From: Candidatus Heimdallarchaeota archaeon
GTDB lineage: Archaea; Asgardarchaeota; Heimdallarchaeia; JABLTI01
Direction: 5' to 3'
Assembly: GCA_019056785.1 (NCBI GenBank)
Contig: DXJV01000082.1
Location: forward strand, 1 to 54,920
DNA length: 54,920 bases
How positions within the stretch are numbered: the stretch's first letter is position 1; every line of letters starts with the position of its first letter. Below the pieces are notes generated by a model, which was not told where the DNA came from, searched no databases, and was given only the letters and a program-made list of their open reading frames with translations. A program made the position numbers and the translations under genes. Positions 38,440 to 45,862 of this stretch are shown piece after piece.

Positions 38440-38591
38440 TAACGGTGCCGAAAGTCATTAATAAACATGTGTTTTACTTTTTGTTAAAACGAAAAACGGG
38501 GAAAGGCTTTGATTCGAACAAAAAAAATTTACTTATAACTCATGCAAAAAAATTTGAAGGACCAAACACTAAAAAAACAAAGTGAGAAATT

Positions 38592-38771
38592 TTGCCCCTC
38601 GATCAAGAAACAATTGAATTTTTAGTTCAAGAAACTATCGAAGCAGCATTGGAAGACACGAAAGAAAAATTGAATGAATTAGTAAGAAAATACCCATTTA
38701 AGCTCACTGTAAGGGCTCCAAAATTAATTAAAATTGAAAAGGCGAAGAAAGGAAAAATAGAATGGAAATAA
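38592..38771 (+). CDS. Small hypothetical protein, 59 aa (below track cut-off)
   Basis: GTGAG then TTG; MPLDQETIEFLVQETIEAALEDTKEKLNELVRKYPFKLTVRAPKLIKIEKAKKGKIEWK; purine-rich coding-like composition. Confidence 0.65.
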   Translation: MPLDQETIEFLVQETIEAALEDTKEKLNELVRKYPFKLTVRAPKLIKIEKAKKGKIEWK

Positions 38772-38874
38772 AGAATGGGAAAAATGAAAATAAAGAAAAT
38801 AACGGAAGTATTTTCTCTGTCAACCTATTATCATTTGCTTCAAGTGAAGATAAATCTTGTTCTGTAACCGTTAC

Positions 38875-39018
38875 TTAATCAGTAAAACGATTGCCACATT
38901 CTTTGCAAACTTTTACTTTTGCGTAAATGGGATTGTGACCTGCATAACCCAAGACTTTTGATTTATCTTCAACTTCTTTAATGTTTTCAGAACCACATTT
39001 TGGACATTGATATGGCAT
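38875..39018 (-). CDS. Small zinc-ribbon protein, 47 aa (below track cut-off)
   Basis: GGTGA SD then ATG; MPYQCPKCGSENIKEVEDKSKVLGYAGHNPIYAKVKVCKECGNRFTD with two CxxCG knuckles. Confidence 0.88.
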   Translation of the reverse strand: MPYQCPKCGSENIKEVEDKSKVLGYAGHNPIYAKVKVCKECGNRFTD

Positions 39019-39223
39019 TTTTTTATCACCCAATTATTTGTATGTTTTAAATTAACTGTTCTTTTTACTTTTAAGTTTGTTGGGATAAATAAGTTTCTAT
39101 TTTATTTATGGATTTTGGTAGCGGAAGTACATCTTTCAAGCCGAAAGAGCATCGGATACCAGAGATTACTAACCAAAAGTATTTTAAAAACCTATCTCTT
39201 AGGAAGTTAATGGCAGATTTTCG

Positions 39224-39706
39224 ATGTTGGAAAAAGAAAATGTCAGGTTAGGCGGCGAGCAACCTCAAACCGGAGAAGAAAATTCGAAACGGTGCTCTTG
39301 GTGCCATAGTTTTGAAGCGCCTGAAAAGTCATTAGAAGAATTCGAGGTCGCACGAAAAGGTGAAGACTTAAAAAAGTACTATGCATGTTCGCCGGTTCAT
39401 AAAAATCTTATCCTGAGGTACATTCACTATGTAGAAAAAACTTATTGGCTCTTCTTATTTTTCGTACTCTTGATCCCCCTAGTTCTCATAATCTTGGCGA
39501 TCTTTTACCACAGCTTTATTTTTGTATTCGCGCTGTTCCTTTCAGTTGGTCTGGGAGTGATGATTATTCCACTATTAGGAAATCAATTAATAGTCAATCT
39601 CGGAATTAAGAAAGCCAATCAAGTTGGTAGGATACTTGGAGCAATGCTTTTTATCATAGGGTTGACTTTAGTGTTAATCAATGGTTTGAAAATCCTTCGG
39701 GGATAA
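39224..39706 (+). CDS. Membrane protein with N-terminal putative Zn finger and three TMs
   Basis: CSWCH...YYACSPVH (TRASH-like spacing), then three hydrophobic helices. Confidence 0.75.
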   Translation: MLEKENVRLGGEQPQTGEENSKRCSWCHSFEAPEKSLEEFEVARKGEDLKKYYACSPVHKNLILRYIHYVEKTYWLFLFFVLLIPLVLIILAIFYHSFIFVFALFLSVGLGVMIIPLLGNQLIVNLGIKKANQVGRILGAMLFIIGLTLVLINGLKILRG

Positions 39707-39728
39707 ATAACAGGAAGTAGAATAGGCG

Positions 39729-40727
39729 ATGAAAATACGACGAATGATAAAAAAAGATGTCCCTAAAGTTATCAATGTATTAGCAAAAGCATTTAATGAT
39801 TCCTATTTTCAACGAAGAAATATTAAACGTGAACGAAAGAGAACCTCAGAGTCGATTCTTCCTTATCTCGAGATAGAACCAGAAGGAGCCTTTGTTGCTT
39901 ATTCGAGCAGTAAAATAGTAGGCGCACTCTTTGCGCACACCTGGGGGAAATTTGGTTGGATAGGAACGTTTGGTGTTTTGCCGGAATATCAAAACAAAGG
40001 AATTGGGAGAAAATTACTGGAAAAAGGCTTGTATTATTTGACAGAAACTAGACCTGTTACGACTTTAGCGTTAGAAACAATGCCAAGTAGTATGACTAAT
40101 ATTGGACTTTACAGTAAACAAGGGTTCCGGCCTGCCTTTTTAACGATAAAACTCCAACAAGAAATTCTTTCTGCACTAAAAGCAAACAATTCTTCACTAA
40201 ACAACAAAACGAACCTTTCGTCACTCGAGATTAGCTATTTCTCAAAGGAAGAAAATAAAGAAGATATTCTAACACGTTGTAGCTGGCTTTCTGATAAATT
40301 GCACAATGGTTTGGATTATACAAATGAGATATTGATCACAAATAAATATGCTTTAGGTGAAACAATACTTGTAAAGAGAGAGGGGTTCGTTATTGGCTAT
40401 GCAATTTGTAGAGCCAAGCCAAAATACGAAGAAGAGGATGCTGCCAAACTGTTGGAGATAAAAGTTCTGGTAATTGACAAAAGTATTCGTGAACCTGAAA
40501 TTTTGGACCTATTAATTAATGCATGTGAAGAGTTTGGTTTCCAAAATGGCAAACAATGGTTAAAATTAAGCATAAACTCCAGCTACTGGGTAGTTTATCG
40601 CCATCTTTTAGACAAAGGCTTTACTGTTGTATCAGCAATTCTAAGAATGATAAAATTCAGTGAAGATATTATCTCACATGATCGCTCTCATGAATGGCTT
40701 GTAAACTGCTCAAGTTTGACAATGTAG
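39729..40727 (+). CDS. Tandem GNAT acetyltransferase
   Basis: N-domain GVLPEYQNKGIGRKLL and NIGLYSKQGF; degenerate second GNAT domain (LLDKGF). Confidence 0.87.
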   Translation: MKIRRMIKKDVPKVINVLAKAFNDSYFQRRNIKRERKRTSESILPYLEIEPEGAFVAYSSSKIVGALFAHTWGKFGWIGTFGVLPEYQNKGIGRKLLEKGLYYLTETRPVTTLALETMPSSMTNIGLYSKQGFRPAFLTIKLQQEILSALKANNSSLNNKTNLSSLEISYFSKEENKEDILTRCSWLSDKLHNGLDYTNEILITNKYALGETILVKREGFVIGYAICRAKPKYEEEDAAKLLEIKVLVIDKSIREPEILDLLINACEEFGFQNGKQWLKLSINSSYWVVYRHLLDKGFTVVSAILRMIKFSEDIISHDRSHEWLVNCSSLTM

Positions 40728-40732
40728 AATCA

Positions 40733-41332
40733 TTACTCGAGTTCGAAATCTTGTACCTTAGGTGGGATTTGGGCAGCAATTTCTTCTTCACTTAATGGCT
40801 TAGAAGTTTGAGTAAATTGCTCTTCACTTGTAGAGCCATTTTTTCCAGGGGGTTTTTTCAGGTAGGAAAGTATTAATGACAAGATCTCATCTGCTTTTTG
40901 TTTACTAAATCTCGTAAATGGAAGAGTAAAATCAAAAGTAGCAGCATAATGGATAATTACTGAATGAATTTTGACAACCGGCTTTTTTCTCAACAACTTT
41001 GCTGTTCGTTTAATAATTTCAATTGAAGAGATGTCTGACCAGAGAAATGTTCGCCAAATAAAGTATTTTCGTACCTTTAGCTGTTTCTGTGATATTTCAA
41101 TGCGCAAACTTATCAGACTTATTATTGACTCGAGGAAAAGAATGAACAGTCCAAAGCCAAGCAAACTCAACAGAAGCTGAAAAAATAGCGTTTGTCGTTC
41201 AGCAAGTCCATATACAATTAAGAAAAGGCTGAAGAGAAATAAAATAGTAAGAAGTGCCAATTCTTGAAGAAATCTTTTTCGTGATACCCTGATAATTGTT
41301 AAGGGGGTTTTCTCACTGTTCATAAAATTCAC
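40733..41332 (-). CDS. Two-TM protein with bacterial-type PH domain
   Basis: Two TMs then RIEISQKQLKVRKYFIWRTFLWSDISSIEI. Confidence 0.68.
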   Translation of the reverse strand: MNFMNSEKTPLTIIRVSRKRFLQELALLTILFLFSLFLIVYGLAERQTLFFQLLLSLLGFGLFILFLESIISLISLRIEISQKQLKVRKYFIWRTFLWSDISSIEIIKRTAKLLRKKPVVKIHSVIIHYAATFDFTLPFTRFSKQKADEILSLILSYLKKPPGKNGSTSEEQFTQTSKPLSEEEIAAQIPPKVQDFELE

Positions 41333-41402
41333 GACAATTAATGATTAGTACTACTTTTAATAACAGTCAATTATAATTATTCATAAAATTGATGATAGAA
41401 TT

Positions 41403-42419
41403 TTAAGCAACTCTTTTAAAAAAGATTTGGCGGTCTTCTGTAGGGTCATGGAGAATGAATTCCTTTCCAAAAACAGAAAGCAAATGATCCTTATGTTGTT
41501 GTGTCAAAAAAAACTGATAAATTGATGACGTACCAAAAAGGTTTTGCATTTGTGAATTCATTTGTGATGGGGGGAAGGGTTTTTCTTTTTGGGGTGTTTG
41601 AAATTTGGCTTGTAAAACGGAAAGTAGCATTAAAAAACAGTTCTTTGTCCAAGTAGCTTTTGGTGAGCTTAATAACATTAAGGTGGGGATGTAAGAAGAG
41701 GGAATATTAACAAGTACTCCTACAGTTTCTTCGCCGGTTTTTATTTGATAAACGTCCCAATTAGGTTTGAGCTTAAAATCTAATAGCTTATCAGCAATAC
41801 ATAATTGCTTCGCCTCTTCACTTATTGCGGCAATTTCTTCGTACCACCAGTGGAACGTTTCTGCTCTTTTTTTCGCAGGATTTGAAAGGCGGTATAAGCT
41901 AATGGGAGTGGTCTCTTGTAATGAAAGTAAACTTTTGGAAAGTTTTCGTCTTAGAAACCGAATGAGCGTTAAGCCGATTCCTTGGGAATGATAGCCTAAT
42001 TTCTTGTAAAGACTCACAGCAGGTATATTTTCCAATAAAACAGAAAAACAGACGAACTTCCGGCGATTTTTCTTGGCAAATTCTTCTGTAAAAAGCATTA
42101 ATTTTGTGCCAAAACCCTGCCTGTAAAAAGAAGGTAAAATACCGATGGCATAAATGAAAATTGATAGTTTGCGTTTTTCAAGCGAAAGTGCCCCTATAAC
42201 ATCTTTTCTCCTCACAAGAATAAACCGCTTTTGTCGTGCTAAACGCCAGCAAAAACTCATGGTAAATTTAAATTTCTCCCAGCGGGATGCCAGTGCCTTC
42301 TTAAAAATAGGATCCTTCTTATGAATTTCCATATTAAGCCTTGTAAACCATAAGAGACGAAGAAATGAAACACGTTTTAATTTTACAGGTAAATCTTCAG
42401 TTGCTTCCTTTTCCTTCAT
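41403..42419 (-). CDS. GNAT acetyltransferase with C-terminal extension
   Basis: IGILPSFYRQGFGTKLM and ENIPAVSLYKKLGY. Confidence 0.82.
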   Translation of the reverse strand: MKEKEATEDLPVKLKRVSFLRLLWFTRLNMEIHKKDPIFKKALASRWEKFKFTMSFCWRLARQKRFILVRRKDVIGALSLEKRKLSIFIYAIGILPSFYRQGFGTKLMLFTEEFAKKNRRKFVCFSVLLENIPAVSLYKKLGYHSQGIGLTLIRFLRRKLSKSLLSLQETTPISLYRLSNPAKKRAETFHWWYEEIAAISEEAKQLCIADKLLDFKLKPNWDVYQIKTGEETVGVLVNIPSSYIPTLMLLSSPKATWTKNCFLMLLSVLQAKFQTPQKEKPFPPSQMNSQMQNLFGTSSIYQFFLTQQHKDHLLSVFGKEFILHDPTEDRQIFFKRVA

Positions 42420-42485
42420 TTTTACCGGTCCATTAATTTACAGAGATTTTTTACCTTTAAAACCTCTTTGTTTTTTCAAACGCTT

Positions 42486-43685
42486 TTAGCCTTTTTGGCA
42501 CTTGTTTATTTCATCCATCATGATTTTATACGCCTCTGGACAACAAGTCATATCGAAATGATTGCGGTGAATAATGTATTGCTTGACTTCTGGATCCTTG
42601 AGAAGAGCACTTTCCACAGCTACAGCCCCATCCCCCATTAAAACCTCTTTATAGCCAATACTTGGGTAAACATGAAATAATTTCCTGGGTTTCAGAATCC
42701 AATTGAAGCACTGAGGAATAGGAAGTTCAGGGAGATTGTACCAATCTTTTGGAGGTTTATTCTCTTGAATTAATTGCTTTCGTAAGGCATGTTTCTTAAA
42801 TGCAAGATTAAATTGAGGTTTAAGAGATGAGAGGTTCCATTGCCAAACATACACATTGGTAATCAACGAGCAACTGCCTGCAACATTAACAAATTTAACG
42901 TCTTTCCGGCAACCCCTTTTCTCCAAGTCCAGAAGAAAGTCAGAATTTGGTGCCATTTGTTTTGTGGAAATAGACTCGATTTTCCGCTCACGATGAACAT
43001 CCCAAAGCTTGCGAACTGTTTTGACTTTATTTAGAAATAATTTTGAGGGAAGGTGGAAAAGCTCTATAGCTGATAGAAATGTTCCCCCAAAAGGCGTACC
43101 AAAAGTTATCAATTTCTCTACGGATGTCTTTTTAGTGTGAGAAAGGTAATATTTCGAGATCAAACCCCCCCGAGAATGAGCAATTATAATTATTCGTCGA
43201 TTTCCATAAACAGCCTTAATTGTAGCGATAATTTGTTCTAACTCTTTCACGGACGTTTCTATCGGACCAAAAGCCGATTTTTGGGAGTATGTCAACCATT
43301 CTATGTTATGCTTATCAAGAATTTCAGACGCACCGATTGGTGTTAACTGCTTCGAGAGCGACCAATCCACCCCAAAAAACGGCGGGGGAGGAATGGCATG
43401 CCAGCCAAAGTCCCGGGGAGGGGGGTCATTTCTATAATCCTTTACCCAGCCGAGATTCCCGATGTCGGGGTCTAACCAACAATATTTTGAAGCAGCAAAA
43501 CCATGAACAAACAGAATTAGAAAGTCGCCTTCATTTTTCGGATCAGCAGTCGATTCGATGTCAGTTCGCTGTAATTTTTCGTTCATTTCTCGTTCAGCAG
43601 CGATTGTCCTATTCGAAGTTTTTTTCTGGTAGGATGGCTCACGGATTGTGAAAGCTTTTACGAGCAATTCTCTTTTTGTTATCAT
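42486..43685 (-). CDS. Alpha/beta hydrolase (lipase/PGAP1-like)
   Basis: FVHGF oxyanion motif, AHSRGG nucleophile elbow, GTPFGG, GDGAV, late His (NHFDM). ATG 43685 avoids overlap with the upstream gene. Confidence 0.87.
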   Translation of the reverse strand: MITKRELLVKAFTIREPSYQKKTSNRTIAAEREMNEKLQRTDIESTADPKNEGDFLILFVHGFAASKYCWLDPDIGNLGWVKDYRNDPPPRDFGWHAIPPPPFFGVDWSLSKQLTPIGASEILDKHNIEWLTYSQKSAFGPIETSVKELEQIIATIKAVYGNRRIIIIAHSRGGLISKYYLSHTKKTSVEKLITFGTPFGGTFLSAIELFHLPSKLFLNKVKTVRKLWDVHRERKIESISTKQMAPNSDFLLDLEKRGCRKDVKFVNVAGSCSLITNVYVWQWNLSSLKPQFNLAFKKHALRKQLIQENKPPKDWYNLPELPIPQCFNWILKPRKLFHVYPSIGYKEVLMGDGAVAVESALLKDPEVKQYIIHRNHFDMTCCPEAYKIMMDEINKCQKG

Positions 43686-43695
43686 AGTTAACCCT

Positions 43696-44061
43696 TTAAC
43701 ATGTAAGATGTAACACTGCAACAACTTTTGCATTCTCTTTCAGAAGGCGATTTAATAGGGGAATAACAACGGGCGTTTTATCTTCAATTATTATTTTTTT
43801 CGATTTTGCTAGCAACTCACGCGACTCTTCCGGGATTGGAAGAATACCATATTGCCCTTTGCCAATTACAAGTGTATCTGGGTTTTGGTTCAGCAAGAAC
43901 TGGATTTCTTTTGGTCCTAAAACCGTATGTCCTTTACTAATGGGTTTAGAGAGTTCCTTCTTCCGTTTGGTTATTGTTCCATCAATGTTAATATAAATAT
44001 CTGAGGTGTATTTTTTGCCATCAATGATAATCTGTCCAAACTTTGTTCTTTCAATATTCAC
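43696..44061 (-). CDS. Mth938/NDUFAF3-like (DUF498) protein
   Basis: FGQIIIDGKKY.SD, LVIGKG..G, C-terminal LHLTC; AGGTG SD then GTG. Confidence 0.9.
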   Translation of the reverse strand: MNIERTKFGQIIIDGKKYTSDIYINIDGTITKRKKELSKPISKGHTVLGPKEIQFLLNQNPDTLVIGKGQYGILPIPEESRELLAKSKKIIIEDKTPVVIPLLNRLLKENAKVVAVLHLTC

Positions 44062-44154
44062 TTGCTACACCTGTTGTGAATTGTTACATGTTTCTTATCT
44101 TTCAACTTTTTATTTAACCATTTGCAAAAGAAATATTAAACAGCAAAAGAAGTT

Positions 44155-45285
44155 ATGAGAAAAAGTGAGAATAAAATGACGGAAGAATGGCGATTATTGG
44201 AATTTGATGGCCTTCCAGGCATTGAGTCTCAAACGGTTTACCATACACTTGGATTAGCAATGGAGAAATATAAGGACATTGAGAATACCATTATTATTTG
44301 TTGGCCAAAGGATCCGGTAGTTTGTGTAGGCTACCACCAAATCATTGAAGAAGAAGTTGATACTGCCTATTGTCAAGCGAAAGGCATTCCCATTGTTCGA
44401 CGGCCATTAGGAGGAGGAGCCGTTTATCTCGATGACGGACAGCTGTTTTATCAAGTCATTGCGAATTTAAAGAGTAAGAGACTCCCCCACGAAGTCAGTA
44501 AGATGTACGAGGAGGTACTAAAAGCACCAATAAACACTTACAAAAAAATCGGCATCCCGGCAGAGTATGCTCCAGTAAATGATATTGTTGCTAATAGGAA
44601 AAAAATTTCAGGAAACGGTGCTGCAGAGGTTGGTGGCGCAAGAATCTTGACGGGGAACCTAATCTTCGATTTCAATTTTGATGAGATGGTGAAGATTCTA
44701 AAAGCTCCCAATGAAAAGTTCAGAGACAAAATTGCTTCCACCCTTCGGGATCGCCTTGGAACGATCAAACAATTCTTGAAAAATCCCCCCTCAAAAGCTG
44801 AAGTAAAAGAGATTCTCATTAAGGAATTTGAAAAGGCACTCGATATTAAGTTGCGCAGGGAAAAACGATTCTTGCCAAAAGAGCAAGAGATAAATGACCA
44901 ATTACTAAAACAATATCGCGACCCCGAGTGGTTGAATATTACCTACCAGCGCCGTTCTGAATTGCTAGAAAAACGAAAAGTCAAAATCTCCGGTTCAACG
45001 CAAATCTATCATTCTGTCTATAAAGCACGTGGAGGCCTTCTTAGAATGTTATTTGAAATCGAAGACAATTTCATAAAGGATATCGTTATTAGCGGCGATT
45101 TCTCCGCCAACCCCATGAATACCCCTGAACTCCTGGAAAATGCCCTCATTGGTACATTAGCTAATCCAAAACATATCTACAGCGCAATCAATAAAACTAT
45201 ACGAGACGAAAAAATCGATATTCCCGGTGTGACAGCTGACGATTTTGCAAAAGCTTTTGAATTAACTCTGAAGGAACTGTTCTAA
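44155..45285 (+). CDS. lplA: Lipoate-protein ligase A (catalytic plus C-terminal domain)
   Basis: RRPLGGGAVYLD, NDI...KKISGNG, C-terminal KARGGL...ISGDF. Start may be ATG 44176. Confidence 0.92.
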   Translation: MRKSENKMTEEWRLLEFDGLPGIESQTVYHTLGLAMEKYKDIENTIIICWPKDPVVCVGYHQIIEEEVDTAYCQAKGIPIVRRPLGGGAVYLDDGQLFYQVIANLKSKRLPHEVSKMYEEVLKAPINTYKKIGIPAEYAPVNDIVANRKKISGNGAAEVGGARILTGNLIFDFNFDEMVKILKAPNEKFRDKIASTLRDRLGTIKQFLKNPPSKAEVKEILIKEFEKALDIKLRREKRFLPKEQEINDQLLKQYRDPEWLNITYQRRSELLEKRKVKISGSTQIYHSVYKARGGLLRMLFEIEDNFIKDIVISGDFSANPMNTPELLENALIGTLANPKHIYSAINKTIRDEKIDIPGVTADDFAKAFELTLKELF

Positions 45286-45349
45286 AAGAGAGCATTCTAG
45301 TTTGCGGTTAAAGAAAGAACTAAATAACCAAAACTAGAATTCCTTTTTT

Positions 45350-45802
45350 ATGAAGCTGATTTTTAAAACGACTAAAGATTTTCCGATAATGAGCAAATTA
45401 GAGGAGATCGCTCAGAAATATCAAACAACTGTGCATCTCGATGATGATGACATTAGCCATTTTATCCTTATTCCCCCAAAATTGCAACTCAAACAAAACG
45501 AGGATGAAAAACACTATACGATAACTGTATGGGGGGCAACAAATGATGACCTGGCATATTTTACAACTATTTTTGGCGAACCAATTCAGACGATAAAAGA
45601 ACTCCCCTCACCTCTTGAATTTGCAAAGGAACTGGTTCAATTGCCAAATGTGCGCGAAAAAACTCTCGAAGAGATTATGGCAATTTTCGAACTCGATGAG
45701 CGGCGGCTAAATCAATATAAGAAGATCATTACCATACAAGCTCAGCGGAAGAAAGATGATGAATTGTTTCAACTAGCAAGCGAGCTTTTAAACAAACAAT
45801 AA
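45350..45802 (+). CDS. Hypothetical cytoplasmic protein (paralog of 48034..48507)
   Basis: 150-aa ORF, no TM; colinear similarity to the gene on the other side of the PLD. Confidence 0.75.
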   Translation: MKLIFKTTKDFPIMSKLEEIAQKYQTTVHLDDDDISHFILIPPKLQLKQNEDEKHYTITVWGATNDDLAYFTTIFGEPIQTIKELPSPLEFAKELVQLPNVREKTLEEIMAIFELDERRLNQYKKIITIQAQRKKDDELFQLASELLNKQ

Positions 45803-45862
45803 CTTTAGCCTTAAAAAATTGAGCAATAGGTATTTATTAATTAAAGAGCTTAAGCTATATCC

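Noticed and set aside
38775-38874. 27-30 codon ORF and GTAAC-C-GTTAC palindrome between the two small genes
   Set aside because: Too short, no clear SD or motif; a 5-bp arm palindrome is expected by chance.
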